Shown here one piece after another: positions 17,088-25,653 of a DNA stretch of 53,941 nucleotides. The DNA is from Candidatus Levyibacteriota bacterium (GTDB taxonomy: Bacteria; Patescibacteriota; Microgenomatia; Levybacterales; GWA1-39-11). How positions within the stretch are numbered: position 1 is the first letter of the stretch; the number at the start of each line of letters is the position of its first letter. The stretch lies in NCBI GenBank assembly GCA_030645455.1, contig JAUSNA010000069.1, positions 1 to 53,941 of the forward strand. Direction: 5' to 3'. Below the pieces are notes generated by a model. That model did not search any database, was not told where the DNA came from, and worked only from the letters and a program-made list of their open reading frames with translations. Both the position numbers and the translations under genes were made by a program.

Positions 17088-17399
17088 ATGGAATTATTAT
17101 TAGGTTTTTTATCAGGAATGTTCTTAACAAACGGAATTCCTCATTTTGTGAGCGGAGTCAAAGGCAAAACGCACATGACACCATTTGCCAAAAATTCTTC
17201 TGCAATTGTAAATGTATTGTGGGGATTTATTAATTTTATTGGCGGTGTGTGGATTTTGGGCTATTCGCAAAAAACGATCGTCGATGCGCTTTCCCTTGAC
17301 ACATTCTCTATGAGTTTTTTGGCAGGTGTTCTTGTCATGAGTATTGCTGCTGCATGGCTTTTTTCAAATAAGGATGCACGGTTTCCGTGGTTTAAATAA
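17088..17399 (+). CDS. Small membrane protein, hypothetical
   Basis: 103 aa with 3-4 TM segments. Strong SD (GAGGGGGTG) sits 5 nt upstream of the ATG. An upstream TTGACA-18-TATGCT promoter-like pair lies at 17036-17065. Confidence 0.6.
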   Translation: MELLLGFLSGMFLTNGIPHFVSGVKGKTHMTPFAKNSSAIVNVLWGFINFIGGVWILGYSQKTIVDALSLDTFSMSFLAGVLVMSIAAAWLFSNKDARFPWFK

Positions 17400-17402
17400 T
17401 TT

Positions 17403-18269
17403 CTAGAACCAGCGACGTTTTTTTGACTCACTCGCAAATTCCTCTAGAATTTCTTTCTGGCGGGAAGATAATTTGCTGGGAATATCTACCTGCACCCTCA
17501 CGTAATGATCCCCATAATTTGCACTATTAACGTGCTTTACTCCTTTTCCCTTTATCCGTATTAAAGTCCCAGGTTGTGTTCCTTGTGGAATTTTAAGCTT
17601 CACTTTACCTGCTACAGTTTCTATTTCTTCAACGCCTCCAAGAACAGCCAGGGTCATCGGAATTTTTAAATCGGATACTATATCGTATCCTTCCCTTCTG
17701 AATTTTTGACTGGAAGATACGCTAATAACGATATCAAAATCATTGAATTGGATTCTGGAACCCTCATTTACACCGGCGGGCACTTTTATATCCTTCTTTT
17801 TTCCGTCTAAAGAAACTGTTTTAGTAGTACCTTTAATTGCTTCCAAAAAATCTATTCGAAGAGAATAAGCTGGTTTTCTCCTCCCAAATGGTGAACCTCC
17901 ACCTCCAAAAAATTGCTCAAAAATATCAAATGGATCTGAAAAACCGCCAAAATCATAACCCTGTCCGTTTGTGGTGTATGTATAGTTAAAAGGTCCTTGC
18001 TGACCGCCAAACCCACCGAAAGGTCCGCCGCCTGCTCCCCTTCCCCCATTCTCAAAAGCAGCAGCTCCAAATTGGTCATACTGCTTTCTCTTTTGCTCAT
18101 TTCCCAAAACCTCGTATGCCTGATTTATTTCCTTGAATTTTTCTTCTGCTTCTTTTGATTTATTTTTGTCAGGGTGATACTGCACGGCAAGTTTTCTATA
18201 CGCTTTTTTTAATTCTTCAGCGGTTGCCGTCTTTGCAACTCCTAATACAGCATAATAATCGTGTGACAT
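17403..18269 (-). CDS. dnaJ: DnaJ-family co-chaperone, class II (no zinc-finger domain; CbpA-like)
   Basis: J-domain with YYAVLGV...YHPDKN, a G/F-rich linker ([15 protein letters not shown]) and C-terminal substrate-binding domains. The protein contains no cysteine at all, so the CxxCxGxG zinc module is absent. Confidence 0.85.
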   Translation of the reverse strand: MSHDYYAVLGVAKTATAEELKKAYRKLAVQYHPDKNKSKEAEEKFKEINQAYEVLGNEQKRKQYDQFGAAAFENGGRGAGGGPFGGFGGQQGPFNYTYTTNGQGYDFGGFSDPFDIFEQFFGGGGSPFGRRKPAYSLRIDFLEAIKGTTKTVSLDGKKKDIKVPAGVNEGSRIQFNDFDIVISVSSSQKFRREGYDIVSDLKIPMTLAVLGGVEEIETVAGKVKLKIPQGTQPGTLIRIKGKGVKHVNSANYGDHYVRVQVDIPSKLSSRQKEILEEFASESKKRRWF

Positions 18270-18279
18270 ATATGTTATT

Positions 18280-18306
18280 TTAGCAAAAAAGGACTCCGAT
18301 TGCTAG
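18280..18306 (-). promoter_or_regulatory. Weak CIRCE-like inverted repeat just upstream of dnaJ
   Basis: TTAGCAAAA-N9-GATTGCTAG versus consensus TTAGCACTC-N9-GAGTGCTAA (13/18). It lies in the 45-nt gap before dnaJ, 11 nt from the ATG. A match of this quality can occur by chance elsewhere, so only the location makes it notable. Confidence 0.3.
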
Positions 18307-18314
18307 AACTGAGG

Positions 18315-18962
18315 CTATTGAATACCTTTCTTTCTCTTACTGTAAAGTAGGTAGAGACCAAAGCCAACAACTGCTATCAGCCCTAGCACAATACCTACGA
18401 TTATTATAATATTACTACTCTCGACTTTTTTCATCTCAACAGGCTTGTCTTGCACAGTTAACGGCTCGACGGGAGTAGCATTTGGAGGAGGTGTAATACC
18501 CTCAAGGAACGGTACTTCAAAAAACTCTCCACCAACACCTTCATGTGTAAATTCCTTCCCCTCCGAAAGTTTTAGAAGTGTAAATTTTTTCGTAAATTGT
18601 GTCGACTTACCAAGAGAACCAAGTTTGCTCCCCTGATCCGGAATCGGATTATAAAGCATTACATATTTTGCAATGTTAACATTCTCATCAATAGTTTTAA
18701 ATTTGAGATTTCTTTTCTCAATTAAATCTTTTTGTAAACTTGTAAAAATCCCGACAAATGTCGGCTCTTCAACACTCTCTCCATCCAAATACACAAGCGT
18801 GCGGTCAGTATTTTGAAAAATAAATAATAAATCTTCATGAGTAACGTAGGTAACAACTCCTAATATTTTTTGGGATTGCGCCTGAACGCCACCGGTAAAA
18901 GAAATGCAAAAAACAACAAATACAATGATACTTACAATTATTTTATTCATCTGCAAGGTCAA
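18315..18962 (-). CDS. Exported protein with signal peptide and C-terminal TM anchor, hypothetical
   Basis: N-terminal signal-like helix (IIVSIIVFVVFCISFTGGVQAQ), C-terminal TM plus a basic tail (IIIIVGIVLGLIAVVGFGLYLLYSKRKKG). 20-nt overlap with the protease gene's 3' end. Confidence 0.55.
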   Translation of the reverse strand: MTLQMNKIIVSIIVFVVFCISFTGGVQAQSQKILGVVTYVTHEDLLFIFQNTDRTLVYLDGESVEEPTFVGIFTSLQKDLIEKRNLKFKTIDENVNIAKYVMLYNPIPDQGSKLGSLGKSTQFTKKFTLLKLSEGKEFTHEGVGGEFFEVPFLEGITPPPNATPVEPLTVQDKPVEMKKVESSNIIIIVGIVLGLIAVVGFGLYLLYSKRKKGIQ

Positions 18963-21900
18963 CTACTGCACCTGCAACTGCTTTTGCAGTTTTGGTGATT
19001 TGATCAAAGTTAATATTCTCTATTTTATCATTGAGTGAGTGATAGATGGGGGAAGAAAGCGTTGTGGTGATAACACACTCATATCCGAAAGCGGCTTGTT
19101 TTCCCTTTGCTTGAAATGGGTAATGGTCACTGGACGGAATTACCGACAATATTGACCGGGCTTCTAATCCGATGTTGTAGCGTGTATTTGTATCAACGAC
19201 TCTTGACGTAAATGCGCTTCCAAGTCCGCCGACCCCATATGTAAAATCAACGCACGCCTTCCCACCGCTTGAAATCCCAATCATGTCAAGGTTCATAAGT
19301 CCCATAAGTGTTTTTGTTCCAAAATTGTTTGCGTAGTATTTACTCCCATAAAGCCCTTGCTCCTCCCCTGAGAATAGAACGAATTCAATAGAATGTTCAA
19401 GAACAGGCTTTGATGTTGCAATTGCACGGGCAATTTCCATTACGGCTGATGTACCACTCCCGTTGTCATCTGCCCCAGGAGATGGATCATTCGTACCCGA
19501 ACTTTTAGCAGTAGAGTCCATATGCGCTGTTACCATATATACTGAATTTTTGTTTTTACCATCATAACGAGCAACAATATTTTTAGTTGTGCAATTCCCA
19601 TTTGAAAATGACTGCTCTTCAACTGATAGCCCCAGAAAAGCCATGTGATCCTTTATGTAATTGCGCTCCTCGGTATTTCCCGGAGCACAACTATACCGTG
19701 CCTGGAAATTATCTCCAGAAGTGTTTTTACCTACCAAGTTGGAAAGATACTCACGGATTTTTTGCTCAGACACTACATCTATTGTTGCCTTCACCCCCGA
19801 AAGTGCAGTCGTTGGTGTTAATGCTCCGGTTGTTATTGTTGGATTTGTACTTCCTGTTGGACCGGCTGTAGGACTAGTGCCTCGTGGTACGGTTGCTGTT
19901 GGGCTTGTTGGTGATTGCGTAGGATTTGTCGATAAGACAGACTGACATATAAGCGGACACAGCTGTATACTTTTGCCACTATTAATACATTTAGGATCAG
20001 GAAGACATGTAAACATCTGCCGTGGTGTAGGAGACGGTCCTGGAGTACCACCCGTTGGAGCTGGACCACTGGGAATTGTCGGTGCCGGTCCCGAAACATC
20101 ACACCTGGCTGTTGTTACATTTAGTGAAAATATCAAACTTGGAACGGCGTCTGCTTGCGCAGTATGCACTTCAATTGAGTACTTATAATCCTGTGTCAAA
20201 CCGGTCGTCGTAGATAGTAAGTTACCCGTAGAAACGTACGTTCCCTTTCCAGAAGCAGGTGATCCAAATGTACCGGCAGTATAGCTCATATCCTCAATTC
20301 CTGTAGGAGCACCCTTATCATTTATTGTTTTAAATACTCCACCAGAGGGGTCAGTAATATCATAATCTATCTTCAAATGTGCTTTACCTCCTTCACAAAT
20401 TGGTGTAACGCTTATTTTCCACGATCCCGAAGCCCCGACAACAGGCGTCGGGGTTGGTAGACCGGTACTCCCCGTTGGAGTCGCCCCTGTTGGCCCAGGC
20501 GAGACAGGTGGAGCACCACCAGATGACGCGCATGTAGCAGATTGCATGGCTATTCCTTGACATATCGGACTCACAACAGAACCTGTCGGCTGCTGATCAA
20601 GCTCCGTTGCTTGCATTGCTCTTGTCACGTTTTCGCATTCTGGTGATCCTGTTCCAAATAAATCATTACACGCCTGAATATACGACGCGTATGCGTCTTT
20701 AAAATTGGATGTTGGAGTCAAATATTTAGTAAGCGCCTGGTATGCGACTTTTATACTCTTATCCCTTCCTATTCCATTTATAGAACACCCGTTATAGCTT
20801 CCCCCATCCGTCATCAAGTAGAAAGTTTTGTTGAATACTCCGCTGTTCTTGTGTACTCCCCCGTTATCCGATATTGCACAATGGTAAAGTGTTGATGAGA
20901 GCTTGTCGGGATTACCTTTTGACGGAGGGTTGCTCATTGAGCGGAGCGGTACGGGAAGACCGATACCGGGTGTCAAATTTTCACCTATCTCCCAGTTGCC
21001 ATCAACTGCACTTCCAAAAATATCTGAAGTTGATTCATTTAATGCTCCCGACTGACGCATATACTGCAGATTTGCGGTACGTGAAGTTATAGCGTGCGTT
21101 AATTCATGCGCTGCCACATCAAGCAATACCAACCCCGAGCAAAAAACCATTTCGTATCCATTCCAGAAAGCATTTGGACATTTCATGGTCGAACCATTTA
21201 TTGAAAAGCCTGTCGGTGCATGAACGTATCCTTTAATAAGAGCGCCACTACCGTCAAAACTATCCCTACCAAAGTTATTTGCCAAAAAGTCATAGATATT
21301 TCCAAAATATGTGTATAAATTATTTACATCCGCATCCGTAACAGTTGGGTCTCCTTCTTTACGTGTAAGAATGCACGATCCCCCCTGACAGTTATATATG
21401 TTGCGGGAAAGCGCATCTCGTGTTTGGGATTCGGTATAAATAATTTCTCCATTGGTAAGCGAAATAATATAATCCGTTCTGAATAAAACTGGCACTCCCG
21501 GTGACTCCACCTCTACTTTTAGCGCTATCTTGTCGGTAACATCATTTGACAACCCCAATAATTTTTCGTTTACGTAAAATTTATTTGTCTGCTTGACGAT
21601 AAGCTCCCGAGCACCGCTTTCCTCCCGTGCTTTTTCAATTGCAATTTTAATTGCCTCACTTTCAGATAGTTTTTCTGCAGTTTGGGTTTTTGCTGTTGAT
21701 ACATTTCCGGACGTTGCATAAATCTCACTTCCATTTCTTAAATGAATAACTACCTGAGCGTTATAAACAGGAATTCCATTTATTTTTTGGTCAAAAAAGT
21801 AGTGTTCATTCGTAAGTATAAAATTATTGCTTTTCAAAAAAGTATCATCAGCATCCTTCTCCTCACGGATTACAAACGCATTATCGGAAAACTTTTCAGG

Positions 21901-22209
21901 AAATATGGGTGGCGTTGAGTTAAATGAAGGGTTTGCCTTAATAAATTCAATTGCCGCCTCTTTTCCCTTTTTTGATTTTGATTTATATAAATATTTACCT
22001 TGCGAACTAAGTGAAAAAACAGTTCTTCCCTCTTCTTGATTGATTCCTGAATAAGGAGAGACACTTACCTGTATCTTTTCTTCATCGATGCGAAACAGAT
22101 ATATAAAAACTCCCACCAACAAAAATACTAAAACCGAAGCTATAAGAACAGAGATTTTTTTATGAACTAACAAAAAATCCGAGAATTTTTTCCAGTAAAT
22201 TAATGTCAT
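18943..22209 (-). CDS. Membrane-anchored multidomain protease: thermolysin-like M4 endopeptidase fused to an M28 aminopeptidase
   Basis: N-terminal TM and a propeptide-like region. M4 signatures are VAAHELTHAITS (HExxH) and GALNESTSDIFG (third zinc ligand Glu). Pro/Thr-rich linkers and a Cys-containing middle domain follow. C-terminal M28 signatures are VTAHMDS, GADDNGSGTSAVMEIAR, FSGEEQGLYGS and SDHYPF. Confidence 0.85.
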   Translation of the reverse strand: MTLIYWKKFSDFLLVHKKISVLIASVLVFLLVGVFIYLFRIDEEKIQVSVSPYSGINQEEGRTVFSLSSQGKYLYKSKSKKGKEAAIEFIKANPSFNSTPPIFPEKFSDNAFVIREEKDADDTFLKSNNFILTNEHYFFDQKINGIPVYNAQVVIHLRNGSEIYATSGNVSTAKTQTAEKLSESEAIKIAIEKAREESGARELIVKQTNKFYVNEKLLGLSNDVTDKIALKVEVESPGVPVLFRTDYIISLTNGEIIYTESQTRDALSRNIYNCQGGSCILTRKEGDPTVTDADVNNLYTYFGNIYDFLANNFGRDSFDGSGALIKGYVHAPTGFSINGSTMKCPNAFWNGYEMVFCSGLVLLDVAAHELTHAITSRTANLQYMRQSGALNESTSDIFGSAVDGNWEIGENLTPGIGLPVPLRSMSNPPSKGNPDKLSSTLYHCAISDNGGVHKNSGVFNKTFYLMTDGGSYNGCSINGIGRDKSIKVAYQALTKYLTPTSNFKDAYASYIQACNDLFGTGSPECENVTRAMQATELDQQPTGSVVSPICQGIAMQSATCASSGGAPPVSPGPTGATPTGSTGLPTPTPVVGASGSWKISVTPICEGGKAHLKIDYDITDPSGGVFKTINDKGAPTGIEDMSYTAGTFGSPASGKGTYVSTGNLLSTTTGLTQDYKYSIEVHTAQADAVPSLIFSLNVTTARCDVSGPAPTIPSGPAPTGGTPGPSPTPRQMFTCLPDPKCINSGKSIQLCPLICQSVLSTNPTQSPTSPTATVPRGTSPTAGPTGSTNPTITTGALTPTTALSGVKATIDVVSEQKIREYLSNLVGKNTSGDNFQARYSCAPGNTEERNYIKDHMAFLGLSVEEQSFSNGNCTTKNIVARYDGKNKNSVYMVTAHMDSTAKSSGTNDPSPGADDNGSGTSAVMEIARAIATSKPVLEHSIEFVLFSGEEQGLYGSKYYANNFGTKTLMGLMNLDMIGISSGGKACVDFTYGVGGLGSAFTSRVVDTNTRYNIGLEARSILSVIPSSDHYPFQAKGKQAAFGYECVITTTLSSPIYHSLNDKIENINFDQITKTAKAVAGAVVDLADE

Positions 22210-22757
22210 TGCTTAAGGATTTTTACAGTAGCGGAGGTTTCATTGGCATTAACTAGTTCTATCTGAAATCCAAATCCGACTAATTTATCCGTACAGGCTC
22301 CGGCAATCCCGCCGCAAAGGTATTGTAGCTTTTTTTCGATGCCTTTTTGCTCAAGAGAAATATCCGTCGTTGTTGAACAATCAATACAATTTGGGTTAGG
22401 TATATCCGCACCAACATACAATATTTTTACATCAGAATTAGGGATATCAATCTGCCTTCCTTTCTCAAGTGTCAATTCTATCGCTGCAGAAATTGAAGGT
22501 GAAATTGGCGCACCCGTTGCCGAAAGGGTAGGAGCTACAAGAGTTGGAGTAGGAATATTTGAGATCTGAGAATTATTTTTTGGAATTACAAAAAAAACAG
22601 CAGCAAAAACTATCAATAATATAACAACTATAATTACTGCTACCACTATAATTGGCTTTTTTGAACGTGGAGGAACTTGTTGCATAGACAGCTGCTGGAT
22701 AGGTGCTTCTTGAACAGAAGCTGGTGAAGGGGGCTGCACGACTTGATTGTTGTCCAT
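22206..22757 (-). CDS. N-terminally anchored extracytoplasmic protein, hypothetical
   Basis: Q/P-rich N-terminus, one TM (IIVVAVIIVVILLIVFAAVFFVI) and a ~110-aa Cys-containing ectodomain. ATGA overlap with the protease start (22206-22209). Confidence 0.55.
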   Translation of the reverse strand: MDNNQVVQPPSPASVQEAPIQQLSMQQVPPRSKKPIIVVAVIIVVILLIVFAAVFFVIPKNNSQISNIPTPTLVAPTLSATGAPISPSISAAIELTLEKGRQIDIPNSDVKILYVGADIPNPNCIDCSTTTDISLEQKGIEKKLQYLCGGIAGACTDKLVGFGFQIELVNANETSATVKILKQ

Positions 22758-22761
22758 AAGC

Positions 22762-25605
22762 TTACTGAGGCTGGGTCATATCCCGTTGCATTTGCGTACC
22801 ATCCATAGACATAGGAGCAGCAGATACCACACCATTTGACTGTGCTGGATCAGCTGTAAATGGATTGAATGGTGCTGGAGTCATGGGATTTTGTATAGGT
22901 GTATAGGGATCTACTATCATGCCGTTAGGCTGCTGGTTTTGAGCAGGAGCAGGAAGAACTACACCATTTTGTCCTGTTGGACCAACCGGTTCTTGGGGTG
23001 GGATAGGACCACCAGGCTGGGGTACAGAAGTTCCAGGCTGGGGTTGGGTTAATGACTTAATAAATGTATACTCACCTTTTGCCTCATCGTAATCAACCTT
23101 TATCGTATCTCCTGGAACAAATTTTTGACCGATAATTTCAATACTTATCGGGTTTTCGATAGCACTTTGGATGAGACGTCTCAAGGGCCTTGCACCATAT
23201 ACTGGATCGAATCCTTCATTCCCAAGTCTTTCCAATGCTTTGTCTGAAATTTCGAGCACGAATCCCTGCTCTTTAAGCAGCTTTGCGGTTTTACCGATAT
23301 TAATTCTTGCAATTTGCTTCATGTCTTGCTTTCTTAATGGTTTGAATATAACTACTCCGTCAAAGCGGTTCACAAGCTCAGGCCTGAAAAACTTTGTCAG
23401 TTCTTCCATAAGTTTTTTTGAAAGATCCGCAAAAACTTTCTGCATGTGAGGATCCTGATTCGGCACCTTTGGAACTGCTGCTACTGCGCCGTTTGCACTG
23501 ACTACAGAGCCTGCTGCTGGCTGCACCTGAACTCCTGCTGGTGCTACTCCTGCGGTCTGTTGTTGTCCGCCATTTACTGCAGTCTGCTGCGGCAAGGGGG
23601 TCGCACCGCTTGCCATTTTTTGCTGTGAATCCTGCTGAGCTTTTGCATTCGTTAATGCCTCCTGAATAGATGAACTTCCGATATTTGAAGTTGCAATAAC
23701 AATAGTATTTTTAAAAGAAATCGTATTGCCTTTGTTATCTGTAAGTCTTCCATCCTCCAAAAGCTGAAGAAGAATATTAAAAACGTCAGGATGCGCTTTT
23801 TCAACCTCGTCAAGAAGAACAATTGAATAAGGTTTTGCGCGGACTGCTTCTGTGAGCTGACCACCTTCTTCGTATCCTACATATCCCGGTGGTGCTCCGA
23901 TGAGTTTTGCTACCTCATGCTTCTCCATATACTCTGACATATCAAGCCGCACCATTGCATCATCTTTGCCAAAAAGAATTTCAGCTAACGTTTTGGCGAG
24001 TTCAGTTTTGCCTACCCCTGTAGGACCAAGAAAAATAAACGACGCAATTGGCCGGTTTGCAGCAGCAAGACCAATTCTTCCACGCCTTACAGCCTCAGAA
24101 ACTGCAGCTACAGCCTCTTCCTGATCTATGAGTCTATTGTGAATAAGTTCTTCGAGTTGAAGCAGCTTTTTACCTTCATCTTCGGTAAGTTTTGTGATAG
24201 GAATACCTGTCCAATCACTTACAACTTTCTCTATATCTGCCCTTTTCAATTCGGTATCTTGCCGTTGACCCTGCGCATGCTTCAGCTTCACCTCGGCTGC
24301 AGCCTCATCAAGTAGGTCAATAGCCTTATCGGGCAAGAAGCGTTCTCCAACATATTTCTTAGACAATGTCACGGAAAATTTAATAGCATCGGGAGTAATT
24401 GTGACGGAGTGAAATTTTTCGTATTTCTCCTTCAAAACTTCAAGCATTTTCATCGCTGTCTCCTCATCGGGCTCATCAACAATTACCGACTGGAAGCGCC
24501 TTTGAAACGCCTTATCTTTCTCAAAATACTTCCTGTACTCGGCCGTTGTTGTAGTACCTATTAGTTGCAATTGTCCCCGGGCCAAATAAGGCTTTATGAT
24601 ATTTGATGCATCCATCGCTCCTCCTCCTTCTTCTCCTGCTCCTATCAAAGTGTGGATTTCGTCGATAAAAAGGAGGATTTTTCCACCTGAAACTTGAACT
24701 TCCTTAATAACATTTTTCAACCTTTCTTCAAATTCTCCGCGATGGGATGCGCCCGCAATGAGCGCTGCCAAATCAAGCTCTATTATCTTTTTATCCTTCA
24801 ACTGATCAGGGACTTGGCCTTTGATTATATTCTGAGATAGCCCCTCAATTACAGCTGTTTTTCCGACTCCAGCCTCTCCGATAATGATAGGGTTATTTTT
24901 TGTTCTTCTAAGAAGAATGTGCGTTAGTCGCTCAATTTCTTTATCGCGCCCAACAACCGGATCAAGCTTTCCGTCTCTTGCTTCTCCCGTTAGGTCAATG
25001 CCGAATTGTTCAAGGATAGATTTCTTTCCCGCTGCCTGAAAAGTAGGACTTTTTGAAAGATTTTTTTCGACTCCTTCTTTTTGGATACCCTTCGTAGAAA
25101 GGTATTGCGCTGTCGCATCCTGATTGAATAACGCAAGCAAAATATCCTCAGGAGTAATAAAGCTTGACCCTCTATTTTTGGCGAAGGTGAACGCCTCATC
25201 AAATATTTTTTGTGATACCGGAGAAAGTATTGGTGCTCCTTCAAATGTACCGGGGGTTTGTTTTTGCTGAAGCTCACGCGCTAAATCACCCACGTTTACC
25301 GTAAACTCCTGTAGTGTTTTATAAACTTCTTTATCGTATAAAAGCCCAAGCAGCACCAGATCCGGTTCAATTTGAGAAAGTTTTGCTTTTTTTGCCTCAT
25401 TTTGCGCTTGTTGCAATACTTGATTTGCGCGGGCATCAAGATGAGTCAGACTCTCAACATTCTGCCTCTTTACAGGATCCATCCCGCCAGGCTGCGTGGG
25501 GCTTTCAATAACCGCTTGTGGTGCATTTTGATTCTGCTGATCAACTGCTCCCTCAGGCGTTCCATCTTCACCGTATTTTTTTGTTGAAAATAAATTACCA
25601 AACAT
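22762..25605 (-). CDS. Two-ring Clp/Hsp100 AAA+ unfoldase without a coiled-coil M-domain (ClpA/ClpC-like layout), with low-complexity insertions
   Basis: Clp_N repeats, then NBD1 ([17 protein letters not shown]). Only about 20 residues separate [16 protein letters not shown] from VVSDWTGIP, where ClpB carries about 120. NBD2 shows [20 protein letters not shown] and GARPLRR. A Q/A/G/V-rich insert lies at about 23450-23680, and a 97-aa P/Q-rich tail at 22762-23055. Confidence 0.85.
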   Translation of the reverse strand: MFGNLFSTKKYGEDGTPEGAVDQQNQNAPQAVIESPTQPGGMDPVKRQNVESLTHLDARANQVLQQAQNEAKKAKLSQIEPDLVLLGLLYDKEVYKTLQEFTVNVGDLARELQQKQTPGTFEGAPILSPVSQKIFDEAFTFAKNRGSSFITPEDILLALFNQDATAQYLSTKGIQKEGVEKNLSKSPTFQAAGKKSILEQFGIDLTGEARDGKLDPVVGRDKEIERLTHILLRRTKNNPIIIGEAGVGKTAVIEGLSQNIIKGQVPDQLKDKKIIELDLAALIAGASHRGEFEERLKNVIKEVQVSGGKILLFIDEIHTLIGAGEEGGGAMDASNIIKPYLARGQLQLIGTTTTAEYRKYFEKDKAFQRRFQSVIVDEPDEETAMKMLEVLKEKYEKFHSVTITPDAIKFSVTLSKKYVGERFLPDKAIDLLDEAAAEVKLKHAQGQRQDTELKRADIEKVVSDWTGIPITKLTEDEGKKLLQLEELIHNRLIDQEEAVAAVSEAVRRGRIGLAAANRPIASFIFLGPTGVGKTELAKTLAEILFGKDDAMVRLDMSEYMEKHEVAKLIGAPPGYVGYEEGGQLTEAVRAKPYSIVLLDEVEKAHPDVFNILLQLLEDGRLTDNKGNTISFKNTIVIATSNIGSSSIQEALTNAKAQQDSQQKMASGATPLPQQTAVNGGQQQTAGVAPAGVQVQPAAGSVVSANGAVAAVPKVPNQDPHMQKVFADLSKKLMEELTKFFRPELVNRFDGVVIFKPLRKQDMKQIARINIGKTAKLLKEQGFVLEISDKALERLGNEGFDPVYGARPLRRLIQSAIENPISIEIIGQKFVPGDTIKVDYDEAKGEYTFIKSLTQPQPGTSVPQPGGPIPPQEPVGPTGQNGVVLPAPAQNQQPNGMIVDPYTPIQNPMTPAPFNPFTADPAQSNGVVSAAPMSMDGTQMQRDMTQPQ

Positions 25606-25653
25606 ATATTTATTATGAACTACTGCGCAAATCCTATCAACAACCCAAAAAAC

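Noticed and set aside
19587-20188. Cluster of 70-95-aa ORFs on both strands
   Set aside because: They fall in the GC-richer Pro/Thr-linker region of the 1088-aa protease, where stop codons are rare in all frames. These are artefacts of composition.
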